A DNA stretch of 64,000 bases, from the NCBI GenBank assembly GCA_051362555.1, contig CM120640.1, positions 63,590,788-63,654,787 on the forward strand, written 5' to 3'. The stretch is from Lingula anatina. Its lineage: Eukaryota > Animalia > Brachiopoda. Below, one piece after another: positions 26,804-39,252 of this stretch. Position numbers and translations under genes: made by a program. Each line of letters begins with the position of its first letter. Position 1 is the first letter of the stretch. The notes under the pieces were generated by a model, which was not told the DNA's origin, made no database searches, and worked only from the letters and a program-made list of their open reading frames with translations.

Positions 26804-27469
26804 GGCCTCAGAACATATGTAAAGCGCCACACAATCTAGTACCTTAGATATGTAAATAAATTAAAGTCATAATTGGGGTAAAAACTGCAAAATCGGCTTC
26901 TCAAAGTTCTTTTTTACCTGAGCACCCACGATCACCGTTTCAACGCCGATTTAATGAAACCATTTAGTACTCCAAAACCTTTCCAGCGATTTTTCTTAAA
27001 ACTCTTAGTTCAGATTTTATCGTTGATGAAGCCTAATAATGCCTTTGTTTAATGAGAATCTGTAATTACGGGTTCATAAGTCCATAACAAAAACATTTAA
27101 ACCAAAATGACGACACGGGATTGTAGCCTATACACTCCAGGTCAACTCTGCCAATTTTCGTGATAAAATCTTCCTCAGGGAAGTGTGCCCCATACCGATT
27201 GCTATCTCAACTCAAAATAGAACAACGATGTGTTAAATTGACGGTTAAACCCTTTTGTTGCCGATGCTTATACGTGGCAACAAAAGAATATAAACACCGA
27301 TATTTTATATTTCCGAGAGTTTTTTCATTGTTTTAAATCAGCATAAAGATAGATGCATTATTGGATAATTAGACGCAGGAAAAAAAAAAAAAACTCATTT
27401 TCGGTATCTGGATGATTATAATTAAAGGTTTACAATATCCTTAAAACTACGAATATGCTTCATTTTACC

Positions 27470-27620
27470 AGATAATATTTCTTCATTTTGGCCGGAAAAG
27501 TGCTTTAAAATGTATTTTCCCGGGGAAACGACAATTTCCCCATACTTTCCAATGGTTTAATAATGAACCCATTTAACATTCAAAGTAAGTCGATTGCTTT
27601 TCTTTAAGTGAGTTTTTGTA
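27470..27620 (+). mobile_element. Degenerate fragment of the Kolobok-like family seen at 45359
   Basis: GATAATATTTCTTCATTTTGGCC...CAATTTCCCCATACTT...ACATTCAAAGT aligns by eye with 45362-45465. Confidence 0.55.
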
Positions 27621-28893
27621 ATTATTTCTTTAAAAAAATCATCACTTAAAAAAAGGCCTTTATATGCACCCCGACATGTAGGCCCTACAGTCCTGAGTGT
27701 CAATGTTTGCTGGAAAATGACCTCTACCATGTTTCTGCCTTTTCCAATTTAAAATCCGTGTGCTTAAATCGTTTACTTTAACAAAAGTAAAAGAAAGAAA
27801 AGAAATTAGGCCTATTTACTTGAATGTTAGTGTTTACACTAACTAGCGTTAATTGAATAGGGTGATTGCTTTGGAAGTCTTCTTGCATACCAATTACATG
27901 TATAATATAAAGTTGCACTAAGTATGTGTACATAAAAATTGCAATAAATATTTCGATTGTATATGCAACATAATGTAACGTAACAATTTAAGGTAACATA
28001 TCCTGGATTTTTACGCCAAATCTAATATCCCTTGGAAAAAAACTCCAAGATCTAGCCTCTACACAAACTATTGCTCGAGTAATTTACTGCGACACCTTCC
28101 CTCCGGCCCTATTCTCGACGAAAATAAACATCATTCATACCAGTAAACTTAAAAAGAAAGAAGAAGAAAAAGATGAAAAAGCCATAATATGGTTTTATTG
28201 TCTTGATGAAGCAAGTTGTATATTACACGTAGAATTAAAATGCTAATCATATTATTAAATTGTGATGGAATTGATTCTAGCCCAGCTACGGCAGCTAATT
28301 AATAATGTCTATTTTCCATCATGTGTGGATGCGCAGAAAGTTGACAGATTGCTGACTAAGCTCTAACACACAAATTCAGAGAAATGATTAATTTTTTCCA
28401 GTGACTAGTGACATTACAGAATTCTTCATTATTATGCTCTCGATATCATAACAAGTTATTGTGTCATCTCATTTTCATCATCATTTCAATATACAGTATA
28501 TATATAATTAAGTGCATACACTGTAAAATGAAAAAAAAAATAAAAATAAAAATCTTCAATAATTTTTTCATGCCCAAATGTTCCTTAACGACAGAAAAGG
28601 CTCAACTGTTAATATATTTCCTAATCAAACCTCATTGTATCTATATAAATCCAGAAAAAATGAAAGAAGTGTAAAGCTGCATTCAGAAAAAAAGGCCCTT
28701 GCAGCGGTGGCGACGGACAAGGCAGTCCCAGCGCTGGTCGTACCTCCTTTATCAGAGAGCACAGGTAGAGCCCAGTGAGTGGTGTCTGTTCCGCAAGCTT
28801 TATAACACACACGTTCCCACACGCCACAGTCGGGGCTCGGGGCTAACTTCATCATCGAGGTACCCTTCAAAGGGTAAGCGTCATGTTTTGTTG

Positions 28894-31107
28894 TCACTCT
28901 GGTAATTCAGTGATCATGAATTCACTGTTGTTTCTTCTTTGAAGAGATTTGGCTGATGAGATCCGTGGTCGGTGTAACATCACGGTGGATGACCCCTTTT
29001 TCCTCATCTCAGCGTAACCTGGGTTCTAGGAAAATAACGCCCATAAGTAAATAGAAACAACTATAAATAAATGTTATGCATCACCTGCTCCAAAACATAA
29101 TGATGATATCAGTTTTGGCTAGATCTGAAATGCAAATAATCTATCGATGTCGGAGTGAGCGAAGTTGAACAGAAGAGCTCAGAAACAAAGCGACTTATTT
29201 TGATAATTCTACATTTCTACCGAAAACTTATCTTTCATTTATTAAAGTAATTAGAAAGGATGTTAGAAAATATTTGTTTAAATGCATACCTCACAGGCTC
29301 GGCTGCTTGACAACCTGGCTGGTGCAGTGCGTGGCCTCGAGACTGTACGCTCCTTGTCTGCTTCGTACACTGTTACCTCTGGCTTCGCGGCACCTTCAAG
29401 AAAAAAATATGTATAAATGATATTGAACTTGACAATTTTGGGTGCATTCCGATGCTAAAATGCTAAAAAGAAAAATTCGGAACAGATAACTAATACCAAA
29501 CAAACAACATCTTTAAAATCATAAAAGTTATTCAACCAATTTTAAAATTCATGTAATTACATTTTCTCACAATGATCGGTATTGAAACTTTCCAATTTAA
29601 TCGTAAACTCTCTACCCCCCCCACCGCCCCACCTACCATCGCCCCACCCCTGCTTTGTTTTTTTAAATATTAACATATGACACTTACTTTTTGCAGCTTC
29701 CAAAGCATTGAAATATATTTTCCTTGCAGATTCTGGTGATAGTTTCAGCTGCAAAATTCTTCTCAATGCTGCTACCTTGATATCGATACTTTTGATTTCT
29801 TCATGGCACATTCGTAGTGTGTAATCTTGGATAGATAGCGTTTGGCTCACACGCTTATGAGTTTTAACCTTGTCCTCTGCTTCATTTTCAAGTTGATGCA
29901 CATGGATAGCAATGGCACTTTGGCTTCTTCTCACTTTAGACCTTTCTAACGTCAGGCAATGGATGTGATTTTCCATAGTTTTGATTTCAGCGGTCACACT
30001 CTCCAAAGCTCGATCAATCTCACGTATCTCGGACGTCAAGAAAGAGGGCGTGGCACTTCTAGCTCGTTGAAGGTCTTTAAGCACGGTTTCTTTTGCTTCG
30101 AGTTCATCTTTGGTTTTAAAAAGATGCTGTTGAATGTTTATTTCCCAGTCAACTACATCTGCTTCGTGGATCCGCTCCGACTTCAACTTTTGATTAACAA
30201 GGTTTGCTGTGCGCTTTTTCTCGTGTATCTCGTGCGCGATGTGGTTTTGTTTCATCTGCAGGCTTCTGACTCTACTCTGAATTTCTCTTTTACGCTTCTC
30301 GAAGCCTTCTACCTCCTGTTGTAAACGACGCGGAAACAGTTCGTCTGTGCTGAGCCATCTTCGCGCCATTTTACATATCTTACAGAACATTTCGAAAATT
30401 TGTTGTATGTAGCTGAGAATTTTGTCGTATCTTCTGACATAGCGGATGACGTCAAAACCCCATTTTCGTATTTCGCGTTGGAGCCCAACCATTTTGTTGA
30501 ACATCTCGTGAAGTTCGATACCCCAACTAATAATGTGATCCTCGTACTCTTGCACCGGTTGGATGTCCAGCTCCTTGGCCTCATCGAAGAAACTTATACA
30601 GTAATTTTCGAGATTGTCTACCACGGCGTGAAGCAGCTGATGACGAACGTCTGAGTAAAGTGCTAGAAACTTGTTGTGTCGCTCGATTAAGTGAAGAATC
30701 TGGGCATGTTCGGCTCTGTTGGTAACAGTTTTGTCGTTTTTATATTTATTTATAATGGTTTCCAAATGCTTCATGTCGACAACCACAGATTTTTCTTGTT
30801 TGTTTTTCCAAAAAACAAGATCTATCAATTCCACCCATTTTCCTTTCACTTCTTTGATTTTAATTTCCTCAGTAGGTGCCAAATATGTTTCATGAAACGC
30901 CTTCAGCTTCAACTCCAGAGGTGTCAGAGCCAGCATAATCTTACGTCTCACGCAGTTGAAATTAGTCGGAGGTGGCCCTGTTGGTATTCTACGTTTTTTT
31001 GTAGTTGGTGATGCAGGGGCTTGCGGGTGACGTCCATTTCCCAGCCGTGAAAATCTCCTGTCGCTTGTAAAAGTAGCCGAGGGCGCACGAGGTGGCCGGT
31101 TCGTCAT
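28894..31107 (-). CDS. Uncharacterised 551-aa coiled-coil protein; exons 31107-29688, 29393-29290, 29025-28894
   Basis: A 1420-nt open first coding exon contains long E/K/R/Q-rich heptad stretches. Two phase-consistent GT-AG introns add SAAKPEV...RPRTAPARL and NPGYAEM...ELPE*. A splice acceptor lies just upstream of the ATG (~31125), implying a further 5' exon. Confidence 0.8.
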
Positions 31108-32712
31108 TTGTTACTTTGACTGATACTAAAAATGAAATGAACTGATAAGAGGTTCTCTATAAGTCATAAATTATTATCAAATTCTAATAACCTTACCGCA
31201 TTAAGTTAGATAAAATGAAACATAGTTAAGACTACAATCGATGACAAGGGCAGGTTGACAACTAAAAGCAACCCTATTTAAGCAGTCTTAATGTGTTACA
31301 TAAATCTAATTCATAAGTTTTCTTAGTGGGTTTATCCCGTTTATCTAAGCAGTGATTTACGTTGCCTGCTCCAAGTAACCAGATACCTAAGCCAATAAAA
31401 ACTTGGTAAAGCTAAGTAGTGTGAAAGAAATTATCGTTTTTTATCACGTAACTCGGTTATTTAAATTTGGAGTTAGATACATACATTGTACCTTAACGTA
31501 ACCATGATGTGTAATGCTTACCCATCATTACCATCAGATTAAGTCTAGTGTCTCATTTTTCTCGTGATACAATTATCTGAATTTTTGACGATCACGGTTA
31601 TGGATTTCGTTGTATACATTTCTTCTAATGTAGCAACTTACCTAACGTTAACTGGCTGTTAATTTTTGACAATACCAACACATAAGGCAAAGATGTAAAT
31701 TAAGCGACTGGTAAATGCCTTTGGGAACAGCTTGGTGTCGGATTCCTGGCGAACGGGTGGGAGCGTTAAGTTCCCTATGATCTACGGTCGCCAAGTTTAC
31801 AAATACTGTACGTCACCAGTGAGTCTGGCTTTCTTCTCCGTTCGGTTTGTTCTGTTCCGATGCTGTAACATACACCTCTAACTCGCTTTGAATTGATAAA
31901 TTTTGCTAGTATTTTCTTTGTGGTGTTTCTATTATTTGGGGTCGTTTGGGCTAAGTTTTGCTTTCCCGTGCGGTCACTAAGGGTTATTTATTCCATATGT
32001 TTACTTGTTTGTTATCATATTCAATGATAAACAGCCTGCATAGAAATGCGGCGTGGCGTGCAAATGAGACTAAGCATGGCCAATTCTCCGCCCATTCATT
32101 TCTTATTTAATTTTCATAATTTCACTTTTGTGCTCGTGTTTTCTTTGCTAGGGCTCGAGGACTGTATCAAGTGTATAATTATCAAAGAAGAAGGTTTGTA
32201 CGTGACATGGCAGACACTTTTGAAGAGTTTAGCATGTACCCCCTGCTGTAAAGTTTGATGGCTTTTCTGCTTACAAGTGATCTGACAATTTAAGTCTCTC
32301 CACTAAGCTTCAATTTGTCTCTCCAAATTTCAATATTTACCGACTCGGTGCTGTATTCAATTTTGAAATGCAATCACGACTTTTCCCTCGTTAAGTACTT
32401 CAAACTCGGAGAAGCACTTAGTATAACAAAACAGAATAAACACAACCGTTTAATGCCCAAATCTCTATTATTTAATGGGTCTCTAGGACTTCTGATTAAG
32501 ACACTCATGGTCGAATTAACTTTTTTTTTCTTGGTATTGTTCAGCCATAGCAACATCTATCCCACGGCCTTCATCAATGATACCAAGTTTTGAGTCTAAG
32601 TAAAGAGTATTCGTTTGATAAAGAAAAATAATAATAAGTTGTAAAAATCGATCAATGCAACCGTTTTGCTTTAACTATATTTATTTTTTTCTTCTGATGG
32701 GTCGCCAGTACT

Positions 32713-32992
32713 CTCTACCAGGGCCACAGATTGACTTTTCAAAGGATATTCACAGATACCTGTACGTCTTTAGATAAAAAGACGGTCATTTTACTATCTC
32801 TGGTTTTTCCTACCCTCTAGCAGGGCGACAGATTGATTTTCCACAGATATTTACAGATATGTCTATAGATAAATGGACAGTCATTTTGGCTTTCAGCAAA
32901 AAATGTCCACAATAATAACTGCGGCCCTGGTAGAGGGTAGGTTTTTCCCATTTTTCCCTATATAATCTGCCACCCTGGTAGAGGGTAGGTCG
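32713..32992. repeat. Repeat with direct and inverted CTACCCTCTA(C/G)CAGGGC sub-units; partial copy at 24597-24680
   Basis: Two ~105-bp direct units (CAGGGC.ACAGATTGA...GTCATTTT) are followed by two inverted CCCTGGTAGAGGGTAGG motifs. Confidence 0.6.
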
Positions 32993-33450
32993 ACAGCGGT
33001 CAATTTAGTTCACATGTAGGTATCTGTCATAATCCTTACATATACCGATGAGTAAGGCAGAAGCATTATTTCTTAAAAGTTGAACTAAAAAAAGTTGATG
33101 AGCTGACAAGATTCCAAGAGAAAAGAACTATTCTAAACGTGGCATAAGTTAAAACAGGAAACTGATCTTTATTGAAATCTTGTAATTTTGAGCATCTTGT
33201 ATTTTTACTGTAATTTTCATGGCCAATCTTTAATAGATGCGCACGGCTCAAAAATGTGTCCAGATTGTTGACAGGTGGAATGTCCCCGGGAACGGTGTTA
33301 GATCATAAATGAAATTTATCTGCCAAAAATAATCAATAAGTATTACTTGCCCTAAATTAATTCACTAGGTGGTAATGTAATTTAAAGCAAAAAAAAAAAA
33401 AAAAAAAAAAAAAAAGTTGAAAATCTTACGCTTTGTCTCTTTGAAGTATT

Positions 33451-36400
33451 AACAAGGCAGCAAAGCTGTCAAATGTACAGACAAAAAGCAGAAAGTAATA
33501 ATGCACAAAATAGGATACTGTCAATTTTGATGCATTATGCCGAACTGCAAAGTCAACATCAAATTTTAATCATGCACAACAGCATAGGCTTCAGGCCTAT
33601 GAGAGTTTAAGTTCACACTTAGAAAATGCCAGAATGAGAAAAATGAAAATTTCGCAAAAAAAAAAAAAAAAAAAAAAATTCATTAATTCAATAAACAAGG
33701 CAGAAAATGTCAAAAGAACACTTTTACATATCTAGTTAAAAAATGAGACTGTTAACATGCCTAAGAATAAAATCTGAAAAAAAACACTTATATACAAAAT
33801 AAGACATTACTTCATCAAAACTTAACTGATCAAGCTTATTTTCAAACTTGATCCGTATTTCAGTAAGACTAAACAGTGAATTTCAAGACAACTGGTCAAT
33901 CGATTTTCCCTGAAATGTGTTGTGTTGCATAAATGCAGAAAAAAGTGAATAAATTCAATAAAAGTGATAATCCAAAAAATGATAATGTCAATCCTAAGAA
34001 TCAATCTTGCAAGTTAAAAAAATTATAAGTAACACAGTTTTCTTTTCATATTATTTATGGCAGCAGTGCACAAAGTAGGTTTTTTGTCAGTCTTGATGCA
34101 ATATTATATAATGATTAACTGTATAAATATCACCATTTTTTAATTATTTACTATTAATGGACATGAACATTAAGAAAAAAATTTTAATACCACAATGCTT
34201 CATGCCAATATGTGAAAGATAAAAATTTCACAAAAATGTACAACTGGAAAAGGAGCCAATTAGACTGCTTTTCCAACTCAGGCTGCATTTTAGATCTATG
34301 TTTCTTTCCTTTAAATCGTCATTATAATGGCAGAGCCCAAAATAGGATTTTCTTCAATTTTGATGCAATATTACACAATGCCTAACAGCATACTGACCAT
34401 CAATTTTTTAATAATAAAATGAAAGTATTATGGATATTCAGAAAATGTAACTAGCAAAAGTCTTCAAGCCCATAGAGTTCACAGTCACACCTTGAAAATC
34501 CTGAAATGTAAGCAAGAGATAACTAGCTGTACTGAAAAGAGATTATTTCCATTTTCAACACCTTTTTTACATAAAACAAAATATTCAATTTACTGTCATT
34601 TTTATATGATGAACTGAGAAAAGTGTCGTCAAAGGAAAAATATCAATAGAACAATTTTAAATGTCCGACTTGCATCATTCTGACATTCACTTAGTGAATA
34701 ATTAAATCTGAGGAACTGCTGTGATAAGAGTTCATTTCCAATTTGACACTTTATTACACAATACATGCTAACAGGTTTACCGTTTTTTTTAAATAATAAA
34801 CTAAACAATATTGGTAAGAAGCAGAAAATGTCAAAACAACACTTAACATATCTGATTAGTTCAATAATAAGACTGTTAACATGCCTAAGAATTTAATCTG
34901 AAAAAAAAACACTTATTTACAAACAAGGCAGCAAAGCTGTCAAATGTACAGACAAAAAGCAGAAAATAACAATGCACAAAATAGGCTACTGTCAATTTGA
35001 TACAAAAGTACATTATGCTTCACTGCAAATTCAACATCAAATTTCAATTATGCTCAACAGGTAATACCGATGTAAGTAAAATGTGTAACAAGCATAAGGC
35101 TTCAGGCCCATGGGAGTTCAAGTTCACACTTTGAAAATGCCAGAATGAGAAAAATGAAAATTTCACACAAAATTGTATAAATTAAATAATAAATGATAAC
35201 CCAATTGGGCTGGCTTTCTAATTTGAACTGCATGCCAATCCTAAAAATCATACTTGTAAGTTAAAAATAATAATAAGTGACAGTTTTCTTTTCATAATGT
35301 TTGTAGTAGCAGTGCAAATAGATTTTTGTCAATTTTGATGTAACATTACATAATAAATTACAGAATAATTATCACCAATTTTTGATTATTGACTTCAAAT
35401 ACGATGGACATGTAGAAAATTTGATTACCATAGTGAATATGCCAAAACAAATAATAAGTCCCACAGTGAATATGCCAAAACAAATAATAATGAATATTTC
35501 ACTAAAATGTATAACTTTCAGAACAAGGCAGCAAAGCTGTCAAATGTACAGACAAAAAAAAAAAAAAATAAATAAAATAAAATTAAAAAAAAAAATAATA
35601 AAGATGCAAAATTGGTCATTTTGTCAATTTTGATGCAATAATAAATAATGCTTATAATAGCACTGTCAGTCAACACTGAATTTTAATCATGCACAACAGG
35701 TACCATGGTCAATAACAGGAGCGAACCCAGAGATATTTTCTGACAGTATTCCAAAGTATCTCTGTTGATCCATCCTCCATTTTGATGGTCTTCCAACATA
35801 AAAAAAATTAATTCCGGTCAATATAAACTTAAAAGCCTGACCGTCTTCCGGAAGACCCAGAAGATGGTCTCAATCCACTCCTTCAATAAGATTACAGTTT
35901 CAGGACCATGAGAGTTCAAATTCACATGATGAAAGTCCCAATATTTGAAAAATGATGACAGTGCATAAAATAATATTTCATAATGTTTAAAGACATAAAA
36001 ACCAATACAACTGCTTATGTGGAAATACAGAAAATGTGCAGAGCCTCAGGCGGATGGGAGTTAAAAGTTACAAATGCCAGTGTCGAGAAAAAATTAAAAA
36101 GGAAAACATAACAAAACTAGAAAAGCACTCCAAGAGTGCAGACCTCTGCCAAGGCAGCAATTTTTGATGCAACATTATATAATGTAAAACTGTAATAAAT
36201 ACTACCAATTTTTAAATATCTATTATTAAAAACATGGACATTAAGAATTACCACTGGGCTTCATGCCCAAGGGAGCTCTAAGGCCCACACTGAAAATTCC
36301 AGTATGTGAAAGATAAAAATTTTCACAAAAAAACTGTATAACTTCCAGAAAATTAACTAATGAGACAGATTTTCCAACCGAAGCTGTATTTCAGTTCTTT

Positions 36401-37489
36401 GTTTCTTTCCTGTAAATGTGAGAGGAGCAAGTGACATGGTTTTCCTTTCACGGACACTACGGAGGAAGTGCCCAAAATAAGGTTTTGTTCAATTTTGATG
36501 CAATATTACACAATGCTTAACAGCATAATAACCATCAGTTTTTTAATGATAAAATTAAACTATCATGGATATTCAGAAATGTGACTCTTTGCAACCCCAC
36601 AAATGAAAATATTTGCACTATTTGTTTTGATATTTATTTTTAAGAGATAACATTACGTAATTTTAACTAATTCACATTATTTAATGCTATATAATATCTA
36701 ACACCATTCTTTAATAGAGGGACCTTTCAATAAAAGTATCTGCTACCGGCCAAATTTCGAGCACTATATAATGAGACTGTTAACATGCCTAAGAATTAAA
36801 TCTGAAGAAAAACCACTTATATACACTTAACTGATCAAGCTTATTTTCAAACTTGATCTGTATACTAGTCAGACTGATCACTCCTGTAAGTTTCAAGACA
36901 AAAGGCTGACTGGTTTTCCTTATAATACGTTATCAGTGTTGCATATATGCTGAATGATGGAAAAAAACAGCATAACTTTTGTAAAAATAGTCCGATCAAG
37001 CCAATTTTCGAACTTGACCTGCGTATTATGAATATTCATCAGTTCTGTAAGTTTCAATCCAAAAGGAAAAACATTTTAACATTTATTATGTTATCGGTGT
37101 TATAAAAATGCTGAAAAAAAAACAAAAAACAAAAAAAAAAAAAACAGGATAACTTCCATCTGTGTCTGTACATATATAAAAAATATGTTGTCATAGGAGA
37201 AATATCAATAGAACAAATTTAAATGTCCAACTTGCTCCATTCTGAGATTCTTAACTTAGTGAATGATTGAATCTGACAAACTGCAATGAAATGAGTTCCT
37301 TTCCATTTTTGATACTTGCTGCATATATGCTGAAAAAAGTGAAAAAACAGCATAACTTCCCTAAAAATAGCCCGATCGCTGATTTTCATCTTGACCTGCG
37401 TATTATGAATAATCGTCAGTTCTGTAAGTTTCAAGCCAAAAGGTAAAATGGTTTTCCACTTATCATGTTATCGGTGTTATAAAAATGCT

Positions 37490-37546
<57 letters not shown>

Positions 37547-37941
37547 AACTTCCATCTGTGTCTGTACATAAAAAATATGTCAAAGGAGAAATATCAATAG
37601 AACAAATTTAAATGTCCAACTTGCTCCATTCTGAAATTTTTAACTTAGTGAATGATTGAATCTGATGAACTGCAATGATATGAGTTCCTTTCCATTTTTG
37701 ATACTTGCTGCATATATGCTGAAAAAAATGAAAAAACAGCATAACTTCCCTAAAAATAGCCCGATCATGCTGATTTTCGACTTGACCTGCATATTATGAA
37801 TATTTGTCAGTTCTGTAAGTTTCAAGCCAAAAGGTAAAATGGTTTTCCACTTATCGTGTTATAGGTATAAGTGCACGGCGACGATGGCGACGGCAGACGC
37901 AGGTGACAGCTATATGCACAGACACATCTGTGTCTGTACAT
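33451..37941 (-). mobile_element. Stack of Helentron/HINE-like elements (family A), minus orientation
   Basis: Three 3' ends (AACAAGGCAGCAAAGCTGTCAAATGTACAGACA) lie at 33451, 34922 and 35522. A palindromic head lies at ~37911-37941 with a CGA/CGG microsatellite. An internal ~420-bp direct duplication lies at 37.15-37.8 kb. Confidence 0.7.
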
Positions 37942-38211
37942 TAAAAGAAGCCAATTAGACTGCTTTTCCAACTCAGGCTGCATTTTAGTCCTGTGTTTCT
38001 TTTTTGAAAGTTTGACAGTCATAGTAACATGGTTTTCCCATAATGGTCATCATGGCAGCAGCACCAAAAATTGTGTTTTCTTCTATTTTGATGCAACATT
38101 ACATAATGCTTAACAGCATAATGACCATCAATTTTTAATAATAAAATATACGTATCATGGATATTTAGAAAATGTGACTAGCATGGGTCTTCAAGCCAGC
38201 GGAGGTTCTAA

Positions 38212-38425
38212 CACCCCATTTCCATAGATTAGATCGACCTACTTTAGATCGACCTAACTCCCTGGGGGTTCACGCTAAATAGCTGTCAGCCGGGCGGACA
38301 CGAAAGTTAATTACCCCTTTCAGCTTGTAGTAGGCGGGACGGACATTTAAGTCAGATTATCTGAAAGTAATCTAGTGAGACTCCCCGCGGGGATAGATCG
38401 ATCTAAAATCTATGGGAATAGAGCT
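38212..38425 (+). mobile_element. Harbinger-like MITE with TAA TSD
   Basis: TAA occurs at 38209-38211 and 38426-38428, around imperfect TIRs CACCCCATTTCCATAGAT/ATCTATGGGAATAGAGCT. The inverted paralogous sequence near 40560-40590 shows the empty site. Confidence 0.85.
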
Positions 38426-39252
38426 TAAGTCACACCTTGAAAATGCCAATATGTGAAAAATTAAATTTTCACAAAAAACTATTTAATTGCCAGAAAAATT
38501 TACCAAACAGACTGCATTGCCTACTGAAGCTGTATTTTAGTCCCATGTTTCTTTCCTGTAAGTTTGAGAACAGTAAGTGACATGGTTTTCCTTAAATGGT
38601 CATCATGGGAGCAGTGTCCAAAATAGGGGTTTCTTCAAATATTGATGCAATAATACATAATGTTTAACAACATAATGACCATCAATTTTTAATAATAAAA
38701 TATTAGTATCATGGATATTCAAAAAATGTGACAAGCAAAGGTCTTCAGGACCATGGAACTTCAAAGTCACACCTTGAAAATGCCAAATGTAAACAAGACA
38801 GCACTGTTTTGAAATGGGTTTATTTCCATTTTTAACACTTTTTTAACATAAAACAAAATTAACAGTTTACTGCCATTTTTATATGATCAACTAAGAAAAT
38901 TGATGAGATGGAAAAAAATCAATACAACAGTGTTAAATGTCCAATTTCCTCCATTCTGAGATTCTGAACATAGTGAATGAATGAATCTGACAAATTGTAA
39001 TGATATGAGTTTATTTCCATTTTGACACTTTATTACACAATATACGATAACAAGTTTACCATCATTTTTACATAATCAACTAACACTGTTGTAAAGATGC
39101 AGGAAATGTCAAACAAACACTTTTACATATCTTATTAGTTGAATAATGAGACTGTTAACATGCCTAAGAACTGAATCTGATAAAATGTGAAAAAACAGCA
39201 TAACTTCTAAAATAATGGCCCGATTATGCTGATATTCGAACTCAACCTGTTT

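Noticed and set aside
28621-28905. GC-rich ORFs or a SECIS-like hairpin after the coiled-coil gene's TGA
   Set aside because: The in-frame continuation hits another TGA within nine codons, and the AUGA/AA/GA spacing is too short for a SECIS. It is probably 3' UTR.
29959-31011. Plus-strand and alternative-frame ORFs over the coiled-coil exon
   Set aside because: They are shadow ORFs of the real coding exon.
31690-31990. GC-richer tract as an ncRNA or SINE
   Set aside because: No tRNA A/B boxes or known RNA motif were recognised. It may be the promoter or a 5' UTR exon of the coiled-coil gene (minus-strand donor near 31640).
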